Shown in pieces: positions 46,887-56,545 of a DNA stretch of 64,000 nucleotides (its first letter is position 1; each line of letters begins with the position of its first letter). Position numbers and translations under genes: made by a program. The stretch covers positions 204,445 to 268,444 of the forward strand of contig CAYRZH010000001.1 in NCBI GenBank assembly GCA_964428845.1. The letters run 5' to 3'. This DNA is from an uncultured Candidatus Saccharibacteria bacterium (GTDB taxonomy: Bacteria > Patescibacteriota > Minisyncoccia > Phycocordibacterales > DATGWK01). Under the pieces are notes generated by a model, which had not been told where the DNA came from, ran no database searches, and saw nothing but the letters and a program-made list of their open reading frames with translations.

Positions 46887-48331
46887 AGTCTAAAAAATTT
46901 TATATAACTACCACGCTGCCGTACGTGAATGCCGACCCGCATATCGGATTTGCTTTGGAAATTGTTCAGGCCGATGTTCTGGCACGTTACCACGCACTTA
47001 TGGGAGAAGAAGTTTTTTTCAATACTGGTACGGACGAGCACGGTTTAAAGATTTATCGCAAAGCTATAGAAACAGGCAAAGATCCCCAAAGTTACACAGA
47101 CGAGTATGCAGAGAAATTCAGATCGCTTAAAGAAAAATTGAATCTGTATCCTGGTTTGCACTTTATTCGCACGACAGACCCACACCACAAGAGTGCCGCC
47201 GCAGAGTTTTGGAGGCGCTGTAAGAACAACGGAGACATTTACAAGAAGAATTATAAAATAAAATACTGTGTTGGTTGCGAGCTAGAAAAAACAGAATCGG
47301 ATCTTCTGGAAGGCAAATGTCCAATCCATCCGAGCCTAAAGATTGAAATTATTGAAGAGGAAAATTATTTTTTCCGCTGGTCGAAGTATCGTGACGCTCT
47401 CTTGAAAATGTATGCCGATAGACCAGATTTTGTAGTGCCGCACTTTCGGTTCAATGAGATCAAAGCTTTCATCGAACGTGGTCTTGAAGATTTCAGCATC
47501 TCTCGCCTGAAAGAGAAAATGCCTTGGGGTGTCTCTGTGCCCGATGATCCTGATCACGTTATGTACGTATGGTTCGACGCCCTCGTGAACTATATTTCCG
47601 TGCTCGGCTGGCCAGAGGACGAAGTAAATTTTGAAAAGTTTTGGGGGACGATCAAGTCGCCTGTGGCTCTTCAGGTGGCCGGCAAAGACAACCTCCGCCA
47701 GCAGTCAGCCATGTGGCAAGCCATGCTTATGTCTGCTGGGTTACCGACATCTCGACAGATTGTCATCCATGGCTTCATCACGAGCGGGGGACAGAAGATG
47801 AGCAAATCCCTAGGCAATGTCATCGACCCATACGAGATCGTAGATGAGTACGGCATCGACGCTCTGCGATATTTTCTGATGCGTCATGTCCACCCTTTCG
47901 AGGATAGCGATTTTACTATCGCTCGCTTTAGAGAGGCATATAATGCCGATTTGGCCAACGGGCTAGGGAATCTTGTGGCTCGTATTACCACCCTTGCCGA
48001 AACCAATCTACCGAAGCCGATCAAACCGCCGAAGGAGGGTAAATTTGAGAAAGAATACACAATGGCTTTGGAGTCATATAAATACGACCAGGCTCTCGAT
48101 TTTGTTTGGAGGAAAATCCAGGCTCTAGATCAGAAAATAAATGAAACGGAACCTTTTAAACTTGTAAAAAGAGATTTGGAGGCTGGCCGCAAGTTGATTA
48201 TCGAGCTTGCAGAAGAACTCTATGGGGTAGCCTGTATCTTGATGCCATTTATTCCGGCCACGGGGGAGATTATAAAGAAAACAATATTAGAAAACAAAAA
48301 ACCGGGAACTCTTTTCCCTCGCAAGGATTAA
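46883..48331 (+). CDS. metG: Methionine-tRNA ligase
   Basis: YVNADPHIG, GTDEHG, YVWFDAL, KMSKSLGN. Confidence 0.95.
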   Translation: MKSKKFYITTTLPYVNADPHIGFALEIVQADVLARYHALMGEEVFFNTGTDEHGLKIYRKAIETGKDPQSYTDEYAEKFRSLKEKLNLYPGLHFIRTTDPHHKSAAAEFWRRCKNNGDIYKKNYKIKYCVGCELEKTESDLLEGKCPIHPSLKIEIIEEENYFFRWSKYRDALLKMYADRPDFVVPHFRFNEIKAFIERGLEDFSISRLKEKMPWGVSVPDDPDHVMYVWFDALVNYISVLGWPEDEVNFEKFWGTIKSPVALQVAGKDNLRQQSAMWQAMLMSAGLPTSRQIVIHGFITSGGQKMSKSLGNVIDPYEIVDEYGIDALRYFLMRHVHPFEDSDFTIARFREAYNADLANGLGNLVARITTLAETNLPKPIKPPKEGKFEKEYTMALESYKYDQALDFVWRKIQALDQKINETEPFKLVKRDLEAGRKLIIELAEELYGVACILMPFIPATGEIIKKTILENKKPGTLFPRKD

Positions 48332-48400
48332 GTTTTTCGATTGCCTGGTTTTGTCCACTGCCCCGCCTCGTTGGCGCCAAAAAATTATCAAATAAAAACC

Positions 48401-49246
48401 ATGCCAGATTTCATTGATATCCACTCCCATCTGAACTTCGATAACTATGCCGCCGACTATGATGCCGTGGTGGCACGCCTCAAGGCGACAAACACCTGGA
48501 CTATCACGGTAGGTACGGACTACGAGAGTTCTCTTCGTGCCTGTGAAATCTCCGAAAAATTACCAGAATCATTTGCCTCTGTTGGTCTCCACCCCAACGA
48601 TACAGGGTCGGCCGAAACAACCTCCAACGACGCAACTTCCAGTAACACAGCTTCTAACCCTGAATCCCACCAAACTTTTGACGAAGAGAAATTCGCCACT
48701 CTTCTGTCTCGACCCAAGGTCGTGGCAGTGGGGGAGTGTGGGCTCGATTATTCTCGTATAGAAGGTGCCGATACTTCAATAAAAAACCAACAAAAAGAAA
48801 TCTTTGAAAAGCATATTGATCTTGCCTTGAGGCACGACAAGCCACTTATGATTCATTGCCGCGACGCTTACGATGATCTTCTAGAAATAATTTCCTATCA
48901 CAGAAGATCGGCGGGCGACAAACTTCGCGGCAACGTTCACTTTTTTGCTGGCACAGTAGAGATTGCTGAAAAATTTCTTGATCTTGGATTTACACTTTCT
49001 TTTACCGGCGTTGTTACCTTTGCTAGAAATTACGATGAGGTAATCCGCTTCGCCCCTCTGGAGATGATAATGTCTGAAACAGACGCCCCATTTGTTTCTC
49101 CGGTACCGTACCGTGGTAAAAGAAATGAACCTTCTTATGTTATTGAGATTGTAAAAGCCATCGCAGACATAAGAAACGAACCATTAGAAAAAGTAAAAAA
49201 AGCCTTTGTTTCTAATGCTTTTAGGGTTTTTGGTCTAAAAAAATGA
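48401..49246 (+). CDS. tatD: TatD-family nuclease
   Basis: DIHSHL, VGLHP, VGECGLDY, IHCRDA, ETDAPF. Confidence 0.92.
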   Translation: MPDFIDIHSHLNFDNYAADYDAVVARLKATNTWTITVGTDYESSLRACEISEKLPESFASVGLHPNDTGSAETTSNDATSSNTASNPESHQTFDEEKFATLLSRPKVVAVGECGLDYSRIEGADTSIKNQQKEIFEKHIDLALRHDKPLMIHCRDAYDDLLEIISYHRRSAGDKLRGNVHFFAGTVEIAEKFLDLGFTLSFTGVVTFARNYDEVIRFAPLEMIMSETDAPFVSPVPYRGKRNEPSYVIEIVKAIADIRNEPLEKVKKAFVSNAFRVFGLKK

Positions 49247-49368
49247 AGCGGACGCAATCTGTTGCAAAGGGCTTTTATATGTGATAGTCTTTCAAAACTC
49301 GGGTTTAGTAATTCTTAATTTATTTTTTAACACCGACAAGTATATTGGTTTAGGATTTGATCAAACAA

Positions 49369-49875
49369 ATGAAGGCAACCGAACACAAAGACACAGGAGA
49401 AAAAATGCATGTATACGAAGTGGGTTATCTTGTGGTACCCAATCTCACCGAAGAGAAGGCTACTTCAGAAGCTTCCGCTATCCGTTCACTTGTTGAGGGG
49501 AATGGTGGTGTTGTCATCTCCGAAGAATTTCCTAAAATAAGGGATCTTGCATATTCCATGTCTAAAGTCGTCGAATCGGTAAAAACAAACTACAACCAAG
49601 CCTACTTTGGTTGGATCAAATTCGATTTGCCAGTTCTTAACTTGGCTAAAATTGAGTCACAGTTGCGAGAAAGCAAAAATATCCTTCGTCATCTCATTAT
49701 AAAGACTATCCGCGAAAACACTATTTTTTCTCCTCGCGTAGGGGAGTTGACGGTAAAAAGGCCAGACGAAGAAGCTCCAAAAGAGGGTCCAATTTCTCCA
49801 CCTGTGACTGAAGACAAGAAACCTGTCTCTCAAGATGAAATAGATAAAAGTATCGACGCATTAGTTATAAGTTAA
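49369..49875 (+). CDS. rpsF: 30S ribosomal protein S6
   Basis: YEVGYL..P, LAY, ILRHLI; rpsF-ssb-rpsR order. Confidence 0.85.
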   Translation: MKATEHKDTGEKMHVYEVGYLVVPNLTEEKATSEASAIRSLVEGNGGVVISEEFPKIRDLAYSMSKVVESVKTNYNQAYFGWIKFDLPVLNLAKIESQLRESKNILRHLIIKTIRENTIFSPRVGELTVKRPDEEAPKEGPISPPVTEDKKPVSQDEIDKSIDALVIS

Positions 49876-49888
49876 ATCTCAAATAAAC

Positions 49889-50359
49889 ATGTATCTAAAC
49901 AAAGCTCTTATTATAGGAAATCTTACAAGAGATCCTGAAGTTAAATCGCTACCATCAGGGATTCAAGTTGCGACCTTCTCGGTTGCCACAAACCGTGTCT
50001 GGAAAGACAAAGCTGGGGCTAAACAAGAGAATACAGATTTTCATAACGTCGTAGTTTTCGGCCGCCAAGCAGAGATTGTTGGTCAGTATCTAAGAAAAGG
50101 GGCATCAGTGTTGGTCGAAGGTAGAATGCAGACGCGAAGTTGGGACGGACAGGATGGTGTCAAAAAGTATAGGACAGAGATTGTCGCCGATCGAGTCCAG
50201 TTTGGCCCTAGGCGCGATGGTGCCGCGGGAGGAGTAGGAGAAAGCGGCGCAGGAAAGTCTCCTTCCAAGAAAGGAAAGGAAAAAGTTGACAGTGCTGATA
50301 CGATTGATACTATAGAGTATCCTTCAGAAGAAATTAAGCCGGAAGACATCCCATTTTAA
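49889..50359 (+). CDS. ssb: Single-stranded DNA-binding protein
   Basis: LNKALIIGNLTRDPE...EDIPF. Confidence 0.96.
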   Translation: MYLNKALIIGNLTRDPEVKSLPSGIQVATFSVATNRVWKDKAGAKQENTDFHNVVVFGRQAEIVGQYLRKGASVLVEGRMQTRSWDGQDGVKKYRTEIVADRVQFGPRRDGAAGGVGESGAGKSPSKKGKEKVDSADTIDTIEYPSEEIKPEDIPF

Positions 50360-50376
50360 GTTCAATTTCAAAAAGT

Positions 50377-50583
50377 ATGGAAAAAAAGCAGTGCTTCTTC
50401 ACCCAAAATAATATAAAACACATCGACTATAAGGATGTCGAAATTCTAAAGAAGTTTCTAAATCCTCACGGCCGAATGATCTCCCGAAAGAAAACGGGAG
50501 TGTGTTCCAAATCCCAGCGCCAGTTGGCTGTTGCTGTTAAACAAGCAAGGTTTCTAGGCCTTCTTCCATACGTCGCGAGGTAG
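50377..50583 (+). CDS. rpsR: 30S ribosomal protein S18
   Basis: IDYKDVEILKKF...QRQLAVAVKQARFLGLLPY. Confidence 0.95.
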   Translation: MEKKQCFFTQNNIKHIDYKDVEILKKFLNPHGRMISRKKTGVCSKSQRQLAVAVKQARFLGLLPYVAR

Positions 50584-50615
50584 GGTTTGTATATCTAACT
50601 TTGAGCTTGTAGGTC

Positions 50616-50790
50616 TTCGAATAGACACCGAGATGAAGTAGAGGAAGGTGTCGTCGGAGGGGGCTCTCGGAGGCCGCGTAGGCGGCCGAGAGGGAGCAAA
50701 AAGCCAGTAGGCTTTTATACGTACCCCGAAGATGATACCTTCCTCTATTTCGTTTAAAATATCCGTGCGAGGTGAGGTGGCCTATTCGAG
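50616..50790 (+). other. Highly structured intergenic element
   Basis: 25-bp stem 50631-50655/50731-50755 with five G.U pairs on the + strand, enclosing two hairpins. Confidence 0.6.
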
Positions 50791-50802
50791 TTCGAGGGTC
50801 TC

Positions 50803-51366
50803 TTAGCTAACTCTGTCAGTATACTCGCCGGTTTCTGTATTTATTCTTACTACGTCGCCTTCCTCTACGAACATCGGTACTAGGAGTGTCGCTCCCGTTT
50901 CAAGCTTTACTTGCTTATTGCCACCCTTAACGGTGTCACCACGGACAGCTGGATTGGCCTCGGTCACTTTCAAATCCACTTTTATCGGTAGTTTTACCCC
51001 AATAATTTTTTCATCAAATACCAGTGCCGGTATTACAGAGTTTGCTTTCACGAAACGCATCTGTTCGCCGAGCACGCTTTCTGCAAGCATGAACCGTTTA
51101 CTTGGATCTGAAGTCTCGCAAAACCAGAACTCGCCACGGTTTGTGTAGAGATATTTTATTTCCTTTGTGGAGATGTCGGCTTCTTCTACTTTATCGGACA
51201 CGTGAAACGAGATTTCAGATACTTTTCCTGTCACCAAATTCTTCAGCTTTACAGCATTAACAGGTTTCCGCTGTTGTTTTCTAAAAACGTGTGAGCTTAG
51301 AACCTCGTAAGGTTCTTTTTCGACGACAATATATTTCCGTTCTACAACTTCGTTATATTCGAGCAT
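50803..51366 (-). CDS. efp: Elongation factor P
   Basis: VKLKNLVTG, VRGDT..GG.K..KLETG...VPMFV.EGD....NT.TGEY..R. Confidence 0.92.
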   Translation of the reverse strand: MLEYNEVVERKYIVVEKEPYEVLSSHVFRKQQRKPVNAVKLKNLVTGKVSEISFHVSDKVEEADISTKEIKYLYTNRGEFWFCETSDPSKRFMLAESVLGEQMRFVKANSVIPALVFDEKIIGVKLPIKVDLKVTEANPAVRGDTVKGGNKQVKLETGATLLVPMFVEEGDVVRINTETGEYTDRVS

Positions 51367-51390
51367 AGTAGGGATATACTAACCGAAGTC

Positions 51391-52407
51391 CTATATTTCA
51401 ACAAGTCTCTTTCGGATTTCTTTTAGTATGTCGTCGGCAACCTTCTTGTTTTCGTGTAAGTACTGTCGAGTGGCATCATAACCCCTGCCGAGCTTTGTCT
51501 CTCCGTGCGCGTACGAGGTTCCAGTCTTAGTTATAATCCCCATTTTTTCACCAAGGGCAATTATCTCACCCTCTTTCGAAATTCCTTCGTTGTACATGAG
51601 GTCAAACTCCGTTTGTCTGAAAGGCGCTGCTACCTTATTTTTTACAACTTTGGCTCTAATACGTGAACCCATAACCTCTTCACCTTTCTTTATTTGAGCA
51701 ATGCGGCGAATATCGATACGGACTGAAGTATAGAACTTCAGGGCTTTCCCGCCCGGGGTCGTTTCTGGATTACCAAACATCACCCCGATCTGCATGCGTA
51801 TCTGGTTTATGAAGATAATTATAGTTTTAGACTTGGCAACTATTCCAGTAAGCTTCCTTAGCGCTTGAGACATGAGTCGCGCTTGTTTGCCTACATGTTG
51901 AGCTCCCATATCGCCTTCTATCTCGTCCTTTGGTGTTAGGGCCGCTACCGAGTCGATAACAATGACGTCGATCTTGCCAGAACGAACCAGACTCTCAGTT
52001 ATCTCAAGAGCCTGTTCTCCAGTATCGGGTTGAGAGATAAGCAATTCTTCAATTTTTACCCCGAGTTTCTTGGAGTATTCTGGGTCCATGGCATGCTCTG
52101 CATCTATGTAGGCGCAGATGCCACCCTTTTTTTGAGCTTCAGCTACGACGTGGAGTGCTAACGTAGTTTTTCCAGAAGACTCCGGCCCAAATATTTCTAT
52201 AATTCTGCCGCGCGGCAAGCCACCGACCCCTAGGGCGGCATCAAGCCCAATCGATCCAGTCGGGATTACATCTACTCCCACCCGCGCCTTTTCACCCAGC
52301 TTCATGATGGCGTCTTCACCAAATTTCGTCTTTATCTGATCAATCGTGTCTTTTATATTTGCTCCCACTACTTTCGGCTCTTTCGGTTCTTTTGTTTTTT
52401 TATACAT
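51391..52407 (-). CDS. recA: Recombinase A
   Basis: [38 protein letters not shown]. Confidence 0.98.
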   Translation of the reverse strand: MYKKTKEPKEPKVVGANIKDTIDQIKTKFGEDAIMKLGEKARVGVDVIPTGSIGLDAALGVGGLPRGRIIEIFGPESSGKTTLALHVVAEAQKKGGICAYIDAEHAMDPEYSKKLGVKIEELLISQPDTGEQALEITESLVRSGKIDVIVIDSVAALTPKDEIEGDMGAQHVGKQARLMSQALRKLTGIVAKSKTIIIFINQIRMQIGVMFGNPETTPGGKALKFYTSVRIDIRRIAQIKKGEEVMGSRIRAKVVKNKVAAPFRQTEFDLMYNEGISKEGEIIALGEKMGIITKTGTSYAHGETKLGRGYDATRQYLHENKKVADDILKEIRKRLVEI

Positions 52408-52408
52408 T

Positions 52409-52774
52409 TTATTTTCTTACCAATTCATTCGGTTCTTTAAGGATTAATTCAACCAATCTTTCTTTTTCTCTGCCGAACTTGTCGTGAACTGAAATCTTAA
52501 ATATGTTGTAGCCAGAGGAAAGTATCACTTTTTCTTTAAACCACCCGGCTTCATCGACTGTGATTTGCCGGTCGTTCAGACTGATAAAAGAAATATTTTT
52601 GACTTTTCCCACTATTTCTACGACAGAGTTTTCGGTGGTAAAACCGCTTGTTGGCTCTTTGATCTCAAGCCCAGGACCATTTATAAGATTTCTGGACTCG
52701 TAAGCGGCATATCCACCGATTATAAAAAGCACCAGTGTCACTGTTATCGACCTTAGGACAATGCTACGTTTCAT
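52409..52774 (-). CDS. Membrane-anchored Ig-like domain protein
   Basis: TM helix plus GP.L.I..P...I.G...F...L..GYN. Confidence 0.7.
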   Translation of the reverse strand: MKRSIVLRSITVTLVLFIIGGYAAYESRNLINGPGLEIKEPTSGFTTENSVVEIVGKVKNISFISLNDRQITVDEAGWFKEKVILSSGYNIFKISVHDKFGREKERLVELILKEPNELVRK

Positions 52775-52799
52775 GGATAAATTATCTTTAAATTATATA

Positions 52800-55037
52800 T
52801 CAATTTTGGGTGTCTTGATCTTCACTCGTTGGAGCTTCCGTTGCGTAACCTTCACTGCCGATAACATCACGTGGTTTTGCCCCAGAACCGCCGCTTATCA
52901 CTCCACGTTCTTCGAGCATATCGATGAGTCGAGCCGCCCTGGCATATCCGATCCGAAGTTTTCTCTGCAGATATGAAGTAGATGCTTTTCCGGCTTTCAT
53001 TATTATTTCTCTGGCTTCTTCGTATAATTCATCATCAGCATCGTCGCCACCGTCCGCGCTGTCAAAGAACGAATCAGAACCAGCACTTTTGGATTCGGCT
53101 GTAACATCGATCTCTTGGGGTATCTCGTCCTTATAGCTATCCTTTAGAAACTTAACAACATTTTTTACTTCATTTTCTCCGATAAAGGCCGATTGGACTC
53201 GCTGTGGATTCGACATATCACCCGAGATATACAACATATCGCCGGCTCCGAGTAGTTTTTCTGCTCCTCCAGCATCTAAGATCGTTCTCGAGTCGATCTG
53301 GGATGCCACCTGGAAGGCAATTCTTGTTGGGATATTGGCCTTGATGATTCCTGTAATGACGTTTACCGATGGACGTTGGGTCGAAAGAACAAGGTGTATG
53401 CCGACAGCCCGGCTCATCTGGGCAAGTCTAATGATTCCAGCTTCTAGTTCGCGTGGATAGACCTGCATAATGTCAGCCAATTCATCAATAATGATTACGA
53501 TGTAGGGCATATTTTCGGGAGTGTTTTCGTCTTGTTCTGCATTCCTGGAGCCTTGTTTTTGGACTTTTGAAAGGGCCGGCTCGAGAATATTCTTGTGATA
53601 AGACTCGATATCTCTGACATGAGCCGCCTCTAGGATATCAAAGCGACGATCCATTTCCTTTGCCGCCCACTTCAAGGAAAGGATAGTCTTTTTAGGGTCA
53701 GTTATGACAGGAGTGAGAAGATGTGGAATCTGATTGTAGAGAGTTAGTTCCACTCTCTTTGGATCGATCATTATGAACTTAAGATTTTCGGGGGAGTTTC
53801 TGTACAAGAGTGAAGTAATGAGCGAGTGGATCGCCACCGATTTTCCGGAGCCAGTTGCTCCAGCGAGAAGGACATGAGGCATTTTGGCTATGTTTCCGAA
53901 ATGGGATTTACCAGAAACACCCTTCCCAAGCGTAATTAGAAGTGGCTTTTCTGATCTTGTGTATTCTTCGCTACTCAAGAGACTCCCGAGACCAACGACA
54001 GTCTTTACACTATTTGGAATTTCAATACCAACAAGTGATTTCCCTGGTATCGGAGCTTCAATGCGTATAGGATGAGCCGCGAGTGCCAACGACAAATCGT
54101 TTTGAAGCCCGACTATTCGAGAGAGTTTGACTCCCTCGGCTGGTTTGAGTGCATATCTGGTTACGGATGGCCCGATAGAAATTTCATCCATCTCGACATT
54201 GATACCGAAGTTCTGAAGTGTCCTTTTTATTATGTTCGAGTTGGCTTTTATGTCACCGACACCAGGTTTCCCTCTATCGAATTCCAGGAGGCTCAACGGC
54301 GGTGGAGTATAGGGCTTTTGGCTCGAAAATCTGAACAATGCACCCTTAGTCGATTTGCCTCTTTCTGTAGCGTCCATAGATGGATTCTCAACCACCCTTC
54401 GGTCGAAACTTTTAGCCGTGGCCTCCTCTGTAGTGGCTCCATTGTACGAGACGTCTGCACCAATGATCTTGCCGAGGTTGGTATTTTCAGTTCCCATGGC
54501 TCCCGCCTCGGCTACCAGTTTCTCCTTCTTTTTGAAAATCCTGGATACTGGTTTTAAGATGAATTGCAATCTAAGGGCCGAATCAAAAATCAAAAGAAAG
54601 GAAATTATGACGAGCCCGATTAAGATGATCACCGTGACTGGGGTATCAAATAGTTTTACAAGAGGAGCCGAGACGAAGGAGCCGACTATTCCACCCGCCT
54701 TTAGACTTATGTTGATAAGGCCCAACCCGGAAAAGAAAAAGATCAAGGCTCCAATTATCTGGGTCGCTGCCATACTCCTTTCTCTTGGTTTTAGAAATGA
54801 AATTCCTAAGACTATGAGAACCACTGGAAGTAGGAAGTAGCCCGTACCAACTAGATGCGAAAAGAAAGAGTAAAATTTCTCTCCAGCCCACCCAGCCTTC
54901 TTAAATGAGGCCAGAAATAGGAAGATTGCGATAATAAAAAACGCGATAGCCAAGACTCCTTCTCCAGTCTCGCGTTTTACACTTTTGAATACGTTTAGTT
55001 TTGAGGGTGGTTTATTCTTTCCGTTCTTGCGTGCCAT
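52800..55037 (-). CDS. ftsK: DNA translocase FtsK/SpoIIIE
   Basis: 4TM N-terminus, PHVLLAGATGSGKS, IDELAD, ASTSYLQRKLRIGYARAARL gamma domain. Confidence 0.95.
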   Translation of the reverse strand: MARKNGKNKPPSKLNVFKSVKRETGEGVLAIAFFIIAIFLFLASFKKAGWAGEKFYSFFSHLVGTGYFLLPVVLIVLGISFLKPRERSMAATQIIGALIFFFSGLGLINISLKAGGIVGSFVSAPLVKLFDTPVTVIILIGLVIISFLLIFDSALRLQFILKPVSRIFKKKEKLVAEAGAMGTENTNLGKIIGADVSYNGATTEEATAKSFDRRVVENPSMDATERGKSTKGALFRFSSQKPYTPPPLSLLEFDRGKPGVGDIKANSNIIKRTLQNFGINVEMDEISIGPSVTRYALKPAEGVKLSRIVGLQNDLSLALAAHPIRIEAPIPGKSLVGIEIPNSVKTVVGLGSLLSSEEYTRSEKPLLITLGKGVSGKSHFGNIAKMPHVLLAGATGSGKSVAIHSLITSLLYRNSPENLKFIMIDPKRVELTLYNQIPHLLTPVITDPKKTILSLKWAAKEMDRRFDILEAAHVRDIESYHKNILEPALSKVQKQGSRNAEQDENTPENMPYIVIIIDELADIMQVYPRELEAGIIRLAQMSRAVGIHLVLSTQRPSVNVITGIIKANIPTRIAFQVASQIDSRTILDAGGAEKLLGAGDMLYISGDMSNPQRVQSAFIGENEVKNVVKFLKDSYKDEIPQEIDVTAESKSAGSDSFFDSADGGDDADDELYEEAREIIMKAGKASTSYLQRKLRIGYARAARLIDMLEERGVISGGSGAKPRDVIGSEGYATEAPTSEDQDTQN

Positions 55038-55150
55038 ACGAAGAATAATAACACACAGGTTTTGCTGCCAGATTTGTTGATTATTCAAGGGTCCGAGGTA
55101 GGAGATACATGAAAACGAAAAAAGAATAAAGAAAGCAAAAAGAGAAGGTC

Positions 55151-55939
55151 TAAAAGGACACTTGATTTTTTGTCCTAAAAGGCATACACTTCCATAAAAG
55201 ACACATAAAGGACACTGTTTTGTCTTTAATTATAAAGGACAAAAAATCATGAATGAATTTTCTCAAGGTGATTTGGATAATAGCAAGAATATCCTTAATA
55301 TAGAACATAAAAGTGCAGGTATGAATAATACAGAATCGCTAAAATTGTCCTATAAAAGAATCCGCGGGATAGTAACTGCGATCTACATGGTGACCAATTT
55401 CTTGCCAGAAAATGACCCTCTTCGCAAGTCGTTGAGAGGCCAGGCACTAAAGCTTTTGTCTTTTATAAACCTCTCGATATTTTCATCTCAAGCAAGTATT
55501 AGAGACGTCGTCCAAAACATTTATTCTTGCTCAAATGAGATTGTCTCGCTTCTAGAAATTGCTTTTTACTCTGGGTATATCTCCGAGATGAACTATCAAA
55601 TATTGCGAAGAGAGATGGATGCCTATACTGACGAATCAGGGCTATTTTATAAAACTGTAAAAAACAATCCGAGTTTGCCGGATCATCTAAAGGACATTTT
55701 TCGAGATCAGCAGGGGAATCAGTCCGGGGTTGATATAAAAGACAAAATCGACAAATATAAAGGACAAAAAAAGTCTCTGGCTAAACAGGTAGTTGGCTTG
55801 TCGAGCAGTGGACTGAAGGACAATATAAAAACTCTCCCAAGTCTCAATAAATCAAGCCCTGTATATGCAAAAAAGCAAAGCAGAAAGGACCAGATAATAT
55901 CAGTTCTGCAGAAAAAGGGTGAGATAACCATAAAGGACA
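55151..55939. repeat. Cluster of ~13 TAAARGACA-like boxes on both strands
   Basis: Copies at 55151, 55171(rc), 55195, 55206, 55221(rc), 55233, 55346(rc), 55457(rc), 55688, 55736, 55758, 55814, 55931. Confidence 0.7.
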
Positions 55940-56061
55940 TATCTAGCAATATAGTTGATTGTAGCGAGAAAACGATTCAGCGTGAGCTCATTTCGATGGT
56001 GAAATCCGGTATTCTAAAAAGGAATGGGGAAAGGAGATGGAGCACATATTTGTTGGCCTAA
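55249..56061 (+). CDS. Protein with a helical N-terminal domain and a C-terminal DeoR-like winged HTH
   Basis: RKDQIISVL...ITIKDI...CSEKTIQREL..MV..G.L...GERRWS.Y. Confidence 0.8.
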   Translation: MNEFSQGDLDNSKNILNIEHKSAGMNNTESLKLSYKRIRGIVTAIYMVTNFLPENDPLRKSLRGQALKLLSFINLSIFSSQASIRDVVQNIYSCSNEIVSLLEIAFYSGYISEMNYQILRREMDAYTDESGLFYKTVKNNPSLPDHLKDIFRDQQGNQSGVDIKDKIDKYKGQKKSLAKQVVGLSSSGLKDNIKTLPSLNKSSPVYAKKQSRKDQIISVLQKKGEITIKDISSNIVDCSEKTIQRELISMVKSGILKRNGERRWSTYLLA

Positions 56062-56545
56062 TCGTTAGCAAAGGTCTATACAACCAGATCAATTTGATCG
56101 AAAACTTACCGAAAAGTCTAATTTTTCAAAAAGCCAAAAAAAGCCAGGGTTATCCACAGATTTTCTTTGCGTCTAGATCTTGTAAGGGCTAGTATATACC
56201 CTAGGCACGGAGTGTTTTGCAATGCTTTTGCCTTGTGATATACTCTCGCCTATACCAGAGATTCTGGGTGTAAGAATATGGCCCTTTTGGCGTCATCATT
56301 CTTAGACCACTGTCCGAACTCAAGGACTTTGAAAATTAAATAGAGTTCAATTGTTTACTCTACTGTAACTCCTATTTCCTCAATTCATGTCAAGACTGAA
56401 TTCCATTAGTATTTGTCCTCTAGACTCACACATCTTGTGTCGATGAAAAAATATGAGGTGTGTGGGATTTAGGAAACGTCTGGAGAAATCCAGGCGATTG
56501 AAATTTATTATTAGTTTATTTATTAGAATAGAAATTTACCAATTT

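Noticed and set aside
1886-49246. Alternative genetic code (UGA = Gly/Trp)
   Set aside because: TGA ends the pseudouridine synthase gene, thyA and tatD at expected positions, and conserved genes have no internal TGA.
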